Source: an uncultured Acidimicrobiia bacterium | GTDB taxonomy: Bacteria; Actinomycetota; Acidimicrobiia; Spongiisociales; JAENVV01 | Direction of reading: 5' to 3' | Assembly (NCBI GenBank): GCA_963698385.1 | Contig: CAVOQP010000006.1 | Span: 880,589 to 944,588, forward strand | DNA: 64,000 nucleotides | Part shown: positions 28,964-39,764 of the stretch, piece by piece | Position numbering within the stretch: position 1 is the first letter of the stretch | Layout: each line of letters starts with the position of its first letter | The notes under the pieces: model-generated | The model's database searches: none | What the model was told of the DNA's origin: nothing | Seen by the model: the letters and a program-made list of their open reading frames with translations, nothing else | Program-made: the position numbers and the translations under genes

Positions 28964-31900
28964 TCACATATTGCGGCGGTACCTTCCACCCACCGCATAC
29001 AGCGCTCCACTTATCTGCCCGATCGACGCCACCTTGGCCACATTCATGAGGGCTCCGAACGCGTTCCCTCCCAATGTCACCCTTCGCTGGAGATCCGCCA
29101 ACGCCGGGGGTGCAACGGCCGCAAACCGGGCATGGACGTCCCGGAGGTTCGCCACCTCACGGTCCTTGTCCTCGTCGGTCGAGCGGGTCACCTCCTCGGG
29201 GATGACGAACGGTGACCCGGTCGGCGATAGGAACGTGTTCACGCCGATGATCGGGTAGGCACCGCTCTCCTTCTGTCGCTCGTACTTCATCGACTCGTCC
29301 TGGATCTTCGTGCGCTGGTACTGACGTTCCATCGCACCCAGGACGCCCCCACGGCTCGTCAGGCGGTCGAATTCGGCAAGGACCGCCTCCTCGACGAGGT
29401 CGGTGAGTTCTTCGATGATGAACGAGCCTTGGAGCGGATTCTCGTTCTTGGCAAGGCCGAGCTCGCGGTTGATGATCAGCTGAATCGCCAGGGCCCGTCG
29501 CACGGACTCCTCGGTTGGGGTGGTGATTGCCTCGTCGTAGGCGTTCGTGTGGAGGCTGTTGCAGTTGTCGTAGACCGCGTACAGGGCCTGGAGCGTGGTG
29601 CGGATGTCGTTGAATCCGATCTCCTGGGCGTGGAGGGACCTTCCCGACGTCTGGATGTGGTACTTCAGCCGCTGGCTCAGCTCACCACCCTGGTAGCGGA
29701 GCCTCATCGCCTTGGCCCAGATCCTGCGGGCCACTCGACCGATGACTGCATACTCGGGGTCGATGCCGTTCGAGAAGAAGAACGACAGGCTGGGTGCGAA
29801 CGCATCAATGTGCATCCCCCGCGACAGGTAGTACTCGACGTATGTGAAGCCGTTGGCGAGGGTGAACGCCAGCTGGCTGATCGGGTTGGCGCCCGCTTCG
29901 GCCATGTGATACCCCGAGATCGAGACCGAGTAGAAGTTGCGCACCCCTTGCTCGATGAACCACTCCTGGATGTCGCCCATCATCCGCAGGCTGAACTCGG
30001 TGGAGAATATGCAGGTGTTCTGGGCCTGGTCCTCCTTGAGGATGTCGGCCTGGATGGTGCCGCGCACGGTGCGCAGGGTGTGGTCCCTGATCTCGGCGTA
30101 GGTGTCGGCAGGGAGCACCTGGTCGCCGGAGACGCCCAGAAGCATCAGGCCGAGGCCGTCGTTGCCCGGTGGGAGAGGACCGTGGTAGGTGGGACGAACC
30201 CGGTCCCCGAGGATCCCGGCGATCCTCGTCTCCACCTCCGCCTCCAAGCCATTGGTCACGATGTACTTCTCGCACTGCTGGTCGATGGCTGCGTTGAGGA
30301 AGAAGGCCAGCATGATCGGCGCGGGCCCGTTGATGGTCATCGACACCGAGGTGGCCGGGTGGCAGAGGTCGAAGCCCGAGTAGAGCTTCTTGGCGTCGTC
30401 GAGTGTCGAGACCGAGACGCCCGAGTTCCCGACCTTGCCATAGATGTCGGGCCGCTCATCGGGGTCCTCGCCATAGAGGGTGACGGAGTCGAATGCCGTG
30501 GAAAGGCGAATGGCCGGCATCCCCTCGGACAGGTAGTGGAACCGGCGATTGGTCTGCTCGGCCCCCCCTTCGCCGGCGAACATGCGGGTCGGATCCTCGC
30601 CGCGCCGCTTGTAGGGGAACACACCTGCGGTGAACGGGAACTCCCCTGGTACGTTCTCCTGCAAGAGCCACCGGAGCCGATCGCCCCATGCCCGGTAGCG
30701 GGGTAGGGCGATCTTGGGCACCTTGGTACCGGAGAGCGTCTCCACGTGGTTGTCGACCGAGATGTCGTTGCCTCGGACCCGATAGGAGTGTGACTCCCCC
30801 TCGTAGGCCCCGAGAAGCGCATCCCAGCCCTCGAGGAGGTCGGAGTTCGCAGGGTCGAGCTGACGAGTCGCCTCGCCCAACAGCCGGGAGACCTCCTCGG
30901 CAGTGGCACCCTCGAGCTCCTCGAGAATGGACTGGAGCCGATCCACCCGGTCCGCCACGCCAGCCTGCACCTCCACCCACTCGTTGTACGAACGGATGGA
31001 ATCGGAGATCTCAGACAGATACCGGGTTCGTTCCGGCGGAACGACCGCATGGGAGGAGATCTCACCATCACTGCCCCCGACGCGTGCCGACAGGTTGCTG
31101 ACTTCCGACAGGCGCTCCATGAGGTCCCTGTGGAGGGCGGTGACGCCCGCGTCGTTGAAACGGGACGCAACGACCGAATGGATCGGCAGGTCTTCATCAG
31201 GGCCGTCCCACAGCCCCCGGTTGCGGCGGTACTGCTTCCGCACATCACGAAGTGCGTCGAGCGCTCCCTGCTTGTCTGACTTGTTGATCACGACGAAGTC
31301 GGCGAAGTCGAGCATGTCGATCTTCTCGAGTTGGCTCGCCGCCCCGTACTCGGGCGTCATCACGTAGAGCGAGACGTCACAGTGGTCGACGATCTCCGTG
31401 TCCGACTGCCCGATACCCGACGTCTCGAGGATCACCAGGTCGAAACCCGCCGCCTTCACGATCGAGATCGCCGAGTGCACGGCCGGGGAGAGCGCGAGGT
31501 TTGCTTGCCGGGTAGCGAGGGAACGCATGAACACGCGCGCATCGTCGATGGCGTTCATCCTGATACGGTCGCCGAGCAGCGCCCCGCCGGTCCGCCTCCG
31601 GGACGGGTCGACAGAGATCACCGCGATGGTGATCTCCGGGTCGGCAAGGAGTGTGCGCAGGACGAGTTCGTCGACGAGCGACGACTTCCCGGCCCCTCCG
31701 GTGCCAGTGATTCCGAGGACCGGCGTCCCGGTGCCGACCGCCTTCGTGTCCACCGCGGTGAGGAACTCGAAGTGCTCCTCGGGACGGTCCTCGGCGACGG
31801 ATATCGCCCGGGCAATGGCCGCCGAGGCGCCCGGCGAGAGATCATCGAGGAGTGGGGCCCGGCTGGCGGTCCGGGCCGCGGCCGCCCGCTCGACCATGTC

Positions 31901-32335
31901 GTCAACCATCCCCTGGAGGCCCATGGTTCGGCCGTCGTCCGGTGAGTACAACCGGGCCGTGCCCTCCGTGGCGAGTGCCTCGGCCTCGAGGGGAAGGATG
32001 GTGCCTCCTCCCCCGCCGAATACCTGGATCCCGGTCCCGCCCATGTCGTCGAGTCGGGCACGCAGGTAGCGGAAGAACTCCATGTGTCCTCCCTGGTAGG
32101 AGGTGATGGCTACGCCGTCCGCATCCTCTTGGATGGCTGCGGCCGCGACCTCCTCCACGGAGCGGTTGTGGCCGAGATGGATGACCTCGGCGCCGCTCGA
32201 CTGGAGGATGCGGCGGAAGATGTTGATGGCTGCGTCATGCCCATCGAAGAGGCTGGTCGCAGTGACGAACCGGAGTCCCCGCCGGTCGGTCGGGAGGTCC
32301 ACCTGGCGTGCGACGGGATCGGAGGTCACGGTCAT
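28964..32335 (-). CDS. icmF: fused isobutyryl-CoA mutase IcmF (B12-binding domain + MeaB-like G-protein + methylmalonyl-CoA-mutase-like catalytic domain)
   Basis: N-terminal B12-binding DGHD...; GxxGxGKSS P-loop ([13 protein letters not shown]), NKSD; C-terminal mutase TIM-barrel segments; 1123 aa. Confidence 0.85.
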   Translation of the reverse strand: MTVTSDPVARQVDLPTDRRGLRFVTATSLFDGHDAAINIFRRILQSSGAEVIHLGHNRSVEEVAAAAIQEDADGVAITSYQGGHMEFFRYLRARLDDMGGTGIQVFGGGGGTILPLEAEALATEGTARLYSPDDGRTMGLQGMVDDMVERAAAARTASRAPLLDDLSPGASAAIARAISVAEDRPEEHFEFLTAVDTKAVGTGTPVLGITGTGGAGKSSLVDELVLRTLLADPEITIAVISVDPSRRRTGGALLGDRIRMNAIDDARVFMRSLATRQANLALSPAVHSAISIVKAAGFDLVILETSGIGQSDTEIVDHCDVSLYVMTPEYGAASQLEKIDMLDFADFVVINKSDKQGALDALRDVRKQYRRNRGLWDGPDEDLPIHSVVASRFNDAGVTALHRDLMERLSEVSNLSARVGGSDGEISSHAVVPPERTRYLSEISDSIRSYNEWVEVQAGVADRVDRLQSILEELEGATAEEVSRLLGEATRQLDPANSDLLEGWDALLGAYEGESHSYRVRGNDISVDNHVETLSGTKVPKIALPRYRAWGDRLRWLLQENVPGEFPFTAGVFPYKRRGEDPTRMFAGEGGAEQTNRRFHYLSEGMPAIRLSTAFDSVTLYGEDPDERPDIYGKVGNSGVSVSTLDDAKKLYSGFDLCHPATSVSMTINGPAPIMLAFFLNAAIDQQCEKYIVTNGLEAEVETRIAGILGDRVRPTYHGPLPPGNDGLGLMLLGVSGDQVLPADTYAEIRDHTLRTVRGTIQADILKEDQAQNTCIFSTEFSLRMMGDIQEWFIEQGVRNFYSVSISGYHMAEAGANPISQLAFTLANGFTYVEYYLSRGMHIDAFAPSLSFFFSNGIDPEYAVIGRVARRIWAKAMRLRYQGGELSQRLKYHIQTSGRSLHAQEIGFNDIRTTLQALYAVYDNCNSLHTNAYDEAITTPTEESVRRALAIQLIINRELGLAKNENPLQGSFIIEELTDLVEEAVLAEFDRLTSRGGVLGAMERQYQRTKIQDESMKYERQKESGAYPIIGVNTFLSPTGSPFVIPEEVTRSTDEDKDREVANLRDVHARFAAVAPPALADLQRRVTLGGNAFGALMNVAKVASIGQISGALYAVGGRYRRNM

Positions 32336-32925
32336 GGGCGGTCCTCCTCCAGCATGTGGATGGCGAGGTCGGCAACGCGCTCGGCCGTCGCGTCGGGATC
32401 CTCCGCGTCGGCATCGAACCATTGGTAGACCCAGTTCCCCAGCGCCAGGACGGAGTTGGCCGCGATCCGGGCGTCGAGGTCGGGACGGATCGTTCCGTTT
32501 GCCTGCCCCGCTTCGATGAGCGTTCGAACGAACCGGTCGTAGGTGCGCCGATCGCGACCGACTCGCTCGCGCCGCTCCCCCGCCAACGCCTCGAACTCCC
32601 TGAAGTACACGCCGATCTGGGCGATGTTGCGGCAGTTGTAGGCCGAGTGGTCCCTCGCGAACCATCGGAGTCGCTCCAGGTGGCTTCCCTCTCGTTCCCG
32701 GGCAAGGGAGAGTCGCTCCATGGCGGCGGCATGCACGTCATCGATGATGCCAACCAGGAGGTCCTCCTTCGAACCGATGTGGTGGTAGAGGCTGCCTTTG
32801 AGCATTCCCACCGCGTCCGCGACGTCCTGGGTGGTGGTTGCCCCGTATCCCTTTCGGAAGAAGAGATCGGCGGCGGCATCGAGGATCTGCTGGTATCGCT
32901 CGGTGGGTGGGCTGGCAACGGTCAT
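32332..32925 (-). CDS. TetR/AcrR family transcriptional regulator
   Basis: N-terminal [31 protein letters not shown]; ATGA overlap with icmF. Confidence 0.8.
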   Translation of the reverse strand: MTVASPPTERYQQILDAAADLFFRKGYGATTTQDVADAVGMLKGSLYHHIGSKEDLLVGIIDDVHAAAMERLSLAREREGSHLERLRWFARDHSAYNCRNIAQIGVYFREFEALAGERRERVGRDRRTYDRFVRTLIEAGQANGTIRPDLDARIAANSVLALGNWVYQWFDADAEDPDATAERVADLAIHMLEEDRP

Positions 32926-33008
32926 GCCGCCACCCTACCAAACGTTTGGTTGGTCCGTCCAGTCCTCATGTCGGGGTGGGTCAGGTGACCCCATGACGGA
33001 GCAACGGC

Positions 33009-34568
33009 TCAGCCGAGCGCGGCGACCACCCGGGGGTCGAGTGCAGGGAAGCCTTGGATGTAGGCGCGACGCTCCGCATCCAGCGTGGCCACGAGCTGCT
33101 CGTAGGTCTCTCCTTGCCCGGTTCGCTCGTAGAGGCGCCGCGGTTGGAGCAGTTCGATGTCATCGATACCGGGGACGGACATGGCGACCTCGTACCCGAA
33201 ATGCGGGTCTCGCTCCCACGCGATCGATCCCTCGACGATGCCCTGCACGACTGCGGAGCTGTCGGAGATGCGCACCTTCTTGGACCGGCCGTCGCTCTCG
33301 CGGCCACCGACCCGACCGGTGTTCATGAGGAAGACCTGCAGGTCGGGCATGGTGTCGAGGAGTTCGAGGAGGCGGTTCCCCTGCATGGCGTCGTCGTTGA
33401 AGAAGAACGGGTTGGTGCCAGGCACCCGCAGGCTCTTGCCGGCCTCGGCCGCGCCTCCAGCCGACGTTCCCCGCGTCTCTCCGAGCATGAAGTAGAGGGC
33501 CACCTGGTCGCGATCGAGCCGCGCCACTGCGGGAATGATGGTCTCGTTGCGATTGAGGATGAGCAGGAAGTCCGCCGGCGGGACGTCCCGCGGGTCGCGG
33601 TGGCGGATGTTGGCGAGCGGGAACGTCGACCGACCGTTGGCCGTGTAGCCCGTGTCGTGGAAGTCGACCCGGCCGTCGGCATCGACGCTCACGTTTTCGA
33701 GCCAGGCGTCGGGACGGGTCGTTCCCCCGTAGATCGTCGGCTCGTCCTCCGGGTCGAGACCGAAGGTCTTGGCGAAGCACCCGTTCTCGGTGGTGTACAC
33801 CTTGCCACCCGGCATGAGGGCGACGAAGTCGTCCTGCACGGGCAGCGAGCCGAGCTGTTGGCGGAAGGTGGTGGTCGTCTTGCCAGTCCCGGACAGCCCG
33901 ATGATCAGCGCCACCTTCTCCTTGCCGTCGGGGGTGCGGTCGGCGGGGAACGTTTTGAGACCGGAGTGGAGGGCGAGGCCGCCCCGGTCGTACACAAGCT
34001 TGTTCCACATCCGGAGACCGCCCATCTTCGACTCCCCGAAGTAGTCGGACCCGAACACTCGGGTGACGTAGGTGTCGAGGTCAACCGTGATGAGTCGCTC
34101 GTCCGGCATTCCCGGCGCCAGGAGCCCCGGCGTGTAGATGACCGTGAATTCGGAGACCCAGGTTGCGTCCTTCGGGAAGAACAACTGCTGCTGCATGGCG
34201 GGGATGTTCGAAGTGGTCCGCTCCATGTAGAGCCGGGTCCCCGTCTGGAAGGCGAGGTCGGGCCCGATGTAGCCCTCGATGAGCACCATGTCCCGGTTGG
34301 CGATGTACTCGTCCTGGCGAGCTGCCCATTCCGCGGCTTCGGCCCGGGAGATCCGATTCTGGTGAATCTCCTCATCGGAGACGAAGAAGGTCGAGTTCTT
34401 GAGGCGGGCTGTGACCTCTGCCTTGTAGTTGAGGTTGCCGAACTCGGTCTCGGTGACCCGAGGCATGTATTCGAGGACCCAGTCGCGCAGCTCCTCCTGG
34501 GTGGGATTCACCGAGACGGATAGTGCTTCGGGGAGGTCCATTGGTGTCTCCAACTCGTCATGCGGCAA
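33009..34568 (-). CDS. pckA: phosphoenolpyruvate carboxykinase (ATP)
   Basis: kinase-1a GLSGTGKTT, and other PEPCK-ATP family segments; 519 aa. Confidence 0.85.
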   Translation of the reverse strand: MPHDELETPMDLPEALSVSVNPTQEELRDWVLEYMPRVTETEFGNLNYKAEVTARLKNSTFFVSDEEIHQNRISRAEAAEWAARQDEYIANRDMVLIEGYIGPDLAFQTGTRLYMERTTSNIPAMQQQLFFPKDATWVSEFTVIYTPGLLAPGMPDERLITVDLDTYVTRVFGSDYFGESKMGGLRMWNKLVYDRGGLALHSGLKTFPADRTPDGKEKVALIIGLSGTGKTTTTFRQQLGSLPVQDDFVALMPGGKVYTTENGCFAKTFGLDPEDEPTIYGGTTRPDAWLENVSVDADGRVDFHDTGYTANGRSTFPLANIRHRDPRDVPPADFLLILNRNETIIPAVARLDRDQVALYFMLGETRGTSAGGAAEAGKSLRVPGTNPFFFNDDAMQGNRLLELLDTMPDLQVFLMNTGRVGGRESDGRSKKVRISDSSAVVQGIVEGSIAWERDPHFGYEVAMSVPGIDDIELLQPRRLYERTGQGETYEQLVATLDAERRAYIQGFPALDPRVVAALG

Positions 34569-34773
34569 CGTCGTTCCAGCCTAGGCCGCGCCATTGATAC
34601 CTTCTTCCGGAATCGACCCGTCGGGGTAGGCAAGATCGTTCGTTGTTTCGTCGACCGTGGCGGTCATGCGGCGGCCCACCTACCCGCGCGCTCCTGATAA
34701 CGTTCCGGCTTCAGCCCGACCCGCTGATCTGCTTCGGCTCCCGAGAGGGAGCCGTTGCTGTTTCCCGGCCCTA

Positions 34774-35349
34774 TCACGCCTTCCTTGGCGAACGCCCCAT
34801 GGTGTAGAACTCGTCGTTGGGCTGCATGCCGGTCACGTTCGCCATCCGGTTGGAGAGCGCGAAGAGCGCAGTGATCGCCCCGATGTCCCAGATGTCCTCA
34901 TCGTCGAAGGCGTGGGCGTGCAGCGTTTCGAAGTCGGAGTCGGTGACGTCCTGCGACCGTTGGGCCACCTTCGTCGCGAAGTCGAGCATCGCCTTCTGGC
35001 GGGCCGTGATGGGAGCCTTGCGGTAGTTGATGGCGACCTGGTCGCCAAGCAATGGCTCCTTGCTGTAGATCCGCAGGAACGCCCCGTGGCTGACGACGCA
35101 ATAGAGGCACTCGTTGGTCGCCGAGGTCGCCACGACGATCATCTCCTTCTCGGCCTTCGTGAGGTTCCCCGCCCGCTCCATCACGGCGTCGTAGTAGGCG
35201 AAGAATGCCCTGAACTCGTCCGGCCGGTGCGCCATGCCCAGGAACACATTCGGCACGAAGCCCGCCTTCTCCGCAACCTCGATGACTTGGGCCTTGATGT
35301 CGTCGGGTAGTTCGTCCAGTTCGGGGACGGGATAGCGGTCGGCGGCCAT
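34774..35349 (-). CDS. carboxymuconolactone decarboxylase / AhpD-like peroxidase-related protein
   Basis: NECLYCVVSHG (CxxC..H) AhpD-core-like motif. Confidence 0.6.
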   Translation of the reverse strand: MAADRYPVPELDELPDDIKAQVIEVAEKAGFVPNVFLGMAHRPDEFRAFFAYYDAVMERAGNLTKAEKEMIVVATSATNECLYCVVSHGAFLRIYSKEPLLGDQVAINYRKAPITARQKAMLDFATKVAQRSQDVTDSDFETLHAHAFDDEDIWDIGAITALFALSNRMANVTGMQPNDEFYTMGRSPRKA

Positions 35350-35480
35350 TGGAGTCTCCGTTCGTCGTTGCCGCCGAGCCTACGCCAGCACTGCGAGGAC
35401 TCGGGCTCAAGGTCGTGCTCGGGCTTCTTTGCTCGTGCTCGATTCGGAACAACCGGCGGCACCCTAGGGTTGATCCAGCC

Positions 35481-35966
35481 ATGAAGCGACCACTGGCGTT
35501 CCTCGCCGTCCTGACCATCGTCGCCGCTGCCTGCAGCTCCCCTACCAACGATGCTGTCCAGGCTGAAGGCGACCTTCCCCTGGCATCCGCACAGGAGATC
35601 AGCGACATCGTCGCAGCCGACCCGAGGCCGGCAGTCGTCAACGTGTGGGCGTCATGGTGTGGACCGTGCCGCTCAGAGGCCCCACTCCTCCGCGAGGCTC
35701 ATGCCGAGTACGGCGACCGGGTCCTGTTCATCGGCGTCGACATCCAGGACACCCAGCAATCGGCGAAGGAGTTCATCGAGGAGTTCGACCTCGGTTTCGA
35801 CCACTACTTCGACCCGAACCGAGACGTCCCGGCCGCCTGGGGCGGGCTCGGTGTCCCACTCACCTACTTCCTGTCCACCGACGGGGAGATCCTTGCCCTC
35901 CACAACGGCATACTCGACGAGCGGAGCCTGGTCGAGGGCCTCGAGGGCTTGCTCGCCGACTCCTGA
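35481..35966 (+). CDS. TlpA-like thiol:disulfide oxidoreductase lipoprotein
   Basis: signal peptide with lipobox AAAC; WASWCGPCR active site. Confidence 0.8.
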   Translation: MKRPLAFLAVLTIVAAACSSPTNDAVQAEGDLPLASAQEISDIVAADPRPAVVNVWASWCGPCRSEAPLLREAHAEYGDRVLFIGVDIQDTQQSAKEFIEEFDLGFDHYFDPNRDVPAAWGGLGVPLTYFLSTDGEILALHNGILDERSLVEGLEGLLADS

Positions 35967-36676
35967 TGGAGTTCACCCTCCTCGGCAACGCCCTCATCGC
36001 GGTCGCCGCGCTCCATGTCACGGTGCGCGTGCTCTCCCGCGATGCGCGGTTCACGACGGCAGCCCCGAGGGCATGGGACTCTCTCCTGGGCGCTGCCATG
36101 ATCGGCCTGGTCGTCGGTCGGCTGTGGGCGATGATCGCAACGGGTACGAACCCGGCCACTCACCTGTTCGACATACTTCTCATTCGAGGTGGTGTCGACA
36201 CGATCGGGGCGACCGTGGGGTTCATCGCCGCGATCGTCTGGGGCTACCGAGAGCGACTCTCCCCGGCTGCGGACGCCCTGGCCGCGCCGGCGTTGTTTGG
36301 TCTTGCCGGATGGCACGGAGGGTGCCTCGTTCGGGATGCGTGTACCGGGGTCGCGACAACGCTTCCCTGGGGGATCGAAGGGACGGTCGGGGTGAGCCGC
36401 CACCCAGTGGAGATCTACACCGCCCTGCTCCTCATCATCGCCGGCGCCTGGTCGATCCGGGCTTGGCGGAAGGGGTCACTGGCGGGGGTCCTCGGCCCAC
36501 TCGGGCTCGTCATGGCCTCCCTCGCCAGGGCCGTCACCGAACCCCTCCGACTCCACCTCGGATCAGGACTCGTCGGCTTCTACCTCTTCGGTGCTGCCGC
36601 CGGCGGAATCCTCCTGCTCCTGGGCCGAGGGAAGGGCTATCGAGCCCGACCACAGCAGCCAGCCGAGGACGCCTGA
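35966..36676 (+). CDS. Lgt-family-like integral membrane protein (divergent prolipoprotein diacylglyceryl transferase candidate)
   Basis: 1-nt overlap with tlpA-like gene; multiple TM helices; RHPVEIYTALLLI resembles Lgt RHPSQLYE region, but GNFING signature absent. Confidence 0.35.
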   Translation: MEFTLLGNALIAVAALHVTVRVLSRDARFTTAAPRAWDSLLGAAMIGLVVGRLWAMIATGTNPATHLFDILLIRGGVDTIGATVGFIAAIVWGYRERLSPAADALAAPALFGLAGWHGGCLVRDACTGVATTLPWGIEGTVGVSRHPVEIYTALLLIIAGAWSIRAWRKGSLAGVLGPLGLVMASLARAVTEPLRLHLGSGLVGFYLFGAAAGGILLLLGRGKGYRARPQQPAEDA

Positions 36677-37423
36677 GCCGACCTGGGAGACGGCCAGCAT
36701 CATGCCCGCGAGGAAGATCGCCGTTCGCGCCAGCGGGACCTGGGAGTCGATCTCGGCACCGACATCGGCCACCAGCCGCTTGGCCTCTTCGGTCGTGGCC
36801 TCGTAGGTGGCCAATACCCCCGAGGCACTGGTGAGCGCCATGCGGAGATCGACGACCTGCCCCGCCGTCTCGTACATCCGCTCGGTGACACCAACCATCC
36901 CGTCGTTGGCCCGGCTGAGCAGCACCGACTGCCGACGCAGCTTGTCAGGGAGTTCGGCGAGGCCCGCGTCCAGCTGGGCTATCGCCTCGTCGAGCGGGAT
37001 CTCCGGGTCGTAGTCGTCGGTCGTGAACAGGTTGAGCGCACGCAGGGTGGTATCGATGGCCGAGGCAGCCCGGATGAGACCGGGCATCGACGACCTGAAC
37101 GCATCGAGTGTCTCGGGGATGTCCTCCCCGGTGATCTCGGCCACCTCGGCCAGGAGCGCGTGGGAGTTCTCCAGCGTTCCACCAACGACGAGCGTGGTCG
37201 TCGCCAGCCCATCCAGACTGACCGCCACGTCGTCGAGGGCATCGTGGGCGACGGTGATCGTGGTGTCGGCTGCTGCCAACGCATCGGCGGTGAGCGTGAG
37301 CCCGTCGGAGAGCGACGCTCCCATGGCATCGATCAGTCGGCTTCCGAGCACTGCTCCGAAAAGCCCCACGGCAGCGGTGAGCACCGCCACTCCCACGATC
37401 ACCGCACCGAGCTTCCGTTGCAT
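36563..37423 (-). CDS. hypothetical membrane protein (N- and C-terminal TM, Ala/Leu-rich periplasmic coiled region)
   Basis: ORF only; start uncertain; 114-nt convergent overlap with previous gene. Confidence 0.3.
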   Translation of the reverse strand: MQRKLGAVIVGVAVLTAAVGLFGAVLGSRLIDAMGASLSDGLTLTADALAAADTTITVAHDALDDVAVSLDGLATTTLVVGGTLENSHALLAEVAEITGEDIPETLDAFRSSMPGLIRAASAIDTTLRALNLFTTDDYDPEIPLDEAIAQLDAGLAELPDKLRRQSVLLSRANDGMVGVTERMYETAGQVVDLRMALTSASGVLATYEATTEEAKRLVADVGAEIDSQVPLARTAIFLAGMMLAVSQVGSGVLGWLLWSGSIALPSAQEQEDSAGGSTEEVEADES

Positions 37424-37500
37424 CGAGACGATCGTAGGCGCTCCGGCGGCGAGGGCCTCGGAGACCCCCGATATGATCGTCGCCGCGAAGGAGGAGAGAA

Positions 37501-38796
37501 ATGTTCGCCCAGGACTACTTGGACCGTGAGACACTCACCAACCTGCAGGATGCTCGGTTGGCCGCCACGATCGAGCACGTGAAGGCGAGCACCGCGCCCT
37601 ACTGGCAGGAGAAGATGGCCGGGGTGCCGGATATCGAGCATGTCAGCCGGATCCAGGATCTCCCCTTCACCGTGAAGCAGGAGTACCGGGACACATTCCC
37701 GACTGGCATGGTCGCCACGTCGATGGAGAACGTGGTGCGGGTCCACGCTTCGTCGGGGACCTCGGGGAAGCCGACGATCGTCGCCTACTCGGCCGGGGAC
37801 ATCGCCATCTTCGGTGAGATCAACGCTCGAGCCATGGCCGGAGCCGGCGCCACCGCTTCCGACATCGTCCAGAATGCCTACGGGTACGGACTCTTCACGG
37901 GAGGACTGGGACTCCACTTCGGGATCGAGGCCCTCGGCGCAACCTGCATCCCCGCCTCCGGGGGGGTCCCGGGCTTCCAGGTGCAGCTCATGGCTGACCT
38001 CGGCGCCACCGGGCTGTGCGCAACGCCGTCGTTCGCGGTGATCCTCGCTGAACGCGCGATTGCCGATGGGGTCAAGGACCGCATCAAGCTTCGGTGGGGC
38101 ATGCACGGAGCCGAGCCGTGGTCGAACGAGCTGCGCGACAAGCTGGAGGACCTGTGGGGAGGGGGCTACGACGCCTGTGACCTGTACGGCCTGTCTGAGG
38201 TCATGGGCCCCGGCGTGGCCGCCGAATGCCGGGAGGGAAAGGGGAGCCTGCACGTCTTCGAGGACCACTTCTACCCCGAGATCGTCGACCCTGAAACCGG
38301 GGAGTCCCTCCCGGAGGGCGAGCAGGGCGAGCTGGTACTCACCAGCCTCTCCAAGGAAGCGCAACCGGTCATCCGCTACCGCACCCGGGACATCACCCGC
38401 TTCAACCCCGAGCCGTGCCCGTGCGGACGCACCCTGCGCCGCATCGACCGCCTCGCCGGCCGGGCGGATGACATGCTCATCATCCGGGGTATCAACGTCT
38501 ACCCCACGACGATCGAGTCCGTGATCCTCGAGGACCCCAGCCTCGGTGGCCACTTCTACCTCATCGTGGATCGCCGGGCCACCCTGCCCGAACTCCACGC
38601 ACGGGTGGAACTCCTCGACATCGTCGACATGGGCCGGGCCGCCGAGATCGCTGGACGCCTCGAGACCCGACTGCGGGAAGTCGTCCGGATCAGGCTCAAC
38701 ATCGAGGTGAACCCGCCCGGGGCGCTCCCCCGCAATGAGCTCGGCAAGACGAGACGGGTGTGGGAGCAGCACACCGACGAGGACCCGCTGGGGTGA
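37501..38796 (+). CDS. paaK: phenylacetate-CoA ligase family protein (PaaK / F390 synthetase-like adenylating enzyme)
   Basis: SSGTSGKPT adenylation motif, YGLSE, C-terminal PRNELGKTRRV (conserved Lys). Confidence 0.8.
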   Translation: MFAQDYLDRETLTNLQDARLAATIEHVKASTAPYWQEKMAGVPDIEHVSRIQDLPFTVKQEYRDTFPTGMVATSMENVVRVHASSGTSGKPTIVAYSAGDIAIFGEINARAMAGAGATASDIVQNAYGYGLFTGGLGLHFGIEALGATCIPASGGVPGFQVQLMADLGATGLCATPSFAVILAERAIADGVKDRIKLRWGMHGAEPWSNELRDKLEDLWGGGYDACDLYGLSEVMGPGVAAECREGKGSLHVFEDHFYPEIVDPETGESLPEGEQGELVLTSLSKEAQPVIRYRTRDITRFNPEPCPCGRTLRRIDRLAGRADDMLIIRGINVYPTTIESVILEDPSLGGHFYLIVDRRATLPELHARVELLDIVDMGRAAEIAGRLETRLREVVRIRLNIEVNPPGALPRNELGKTRRVWEQHTDEDPLG

Positions 38797-39629
38797 CCGA
38801 CGTCCCGTCCTCCTGTTATCGGCTGCTCGGTGAGACCGGGCCCCATGGTGGCGTCATGTATGAGTCGACCCGCCTGGCGGCCGCCGAGTGGTACCCGGAC
38901 GGTCAGCACGGTGGCGTCGTATCGGCGCTCCTCAACCATGCCGTCGAGACATCGCCCTCCCTCACCCGTATGGAAGTGGCTCGCATCACCTGCGAGTTGT
39001 TCCGTGTCGTCCCGGTCACCACCCTGGAAGTGGTCACCGAACTCGTCCGGGAGGGCAAACGCATCCAATCCACGGAGGCCCGGCTCTACTCCGGGGACCT
39101 CGAACTCGCTCGAGCACTGGTGCAGAGGCTCCGCACCACCGACCTCGCGCTCCCGGCGGAGACTTCGGAACGCATCTCCACTCCTCCCCTCCCCGAGACG
39201 CTCCCGGACGTCGACTTCCGTTCGCTCATGCCGTTCGGCGGCGAAGGCCCGGTCTCGTTTGGTCGTCACGCGGTCCAGATCCGCCAGGCCAAGGGGACGT
39301 TCGCCGAGCCCGGGCCCGCCACGGTATGGCTCCGCTTCCCGGTGCAGTTGATCGAGGGCATCGAGATGAGCCCCACCGAACGGGCGATCATCGCCTCCGA
39401 CTTCTCGAATGGTCTCTCCCGTCTCGCCCAGCCGTGGGAGGTCGTGTTCATGAACTCCGACATCTCGGTCCACCTGGCACGACCACCCGAGGGCGAGTGG
39501 GTGGGCCTCGACGGCGAGTCGATCTGGAACCGGGACGGTCGAGGGGTCGCCACCAGCCATCTCTTCGACACGAGAGGGCCGATCGGCCGGGCCACCCAGA
39601 CGCTCTTCCTGGATGTCCGGGGCGGCTGA
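38793..39629 (+). CDS. thioesterase-like protein (paralog of 5923-6702)
   Basis: shared N- and C-terminal motifs with 5923-6702; GTGA overlap with paaK. Confidence 0.45.
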   Translation: MTDVPSSCYRLLGETGPHGGVMYESTRLAAAEWYPDGQHGGVVSALLNHAVETSPSLTRMEVARITCELFRVVPVTTLEVVTELVREGKRIQSTEARLYSGDLELARALVQRLRTTDLALPAETSERISTPPLPETLPDVDFRSLMPFGGEGPVSFGRHAVQIRQAKGTFAEPGPATVWLRFPVQLIEGIEMSPTERAIIASDFSNGLSRLAQPWEVVFMNSDISVHLARPPEGEWVGLDGESIWNRDGRGVATSHLFDTRGPIGRATQTLFLDVRGG

Positions 39630-39764
39630 TACCAACCCGACTCGACGACCTCATGGGTGAATCCAGCCGGGCGGTCGACCGAGCCACGACTGCGGCGGTT
39701 CCACCTCGCCGGGTGCCTGGATCGGGACTGACCGTCGGCTCCGCCGCTCGACCGGTACCCGGCG

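Noticed and set aside
29429-30706. 425-aa ORF antisense to icmF
   Set aside because: Antisense artefact inside a 1123-aa conserved gene.
33054-34523. 489-aa ORF antisense to pckA
   Set aside because: Antisense artefact.
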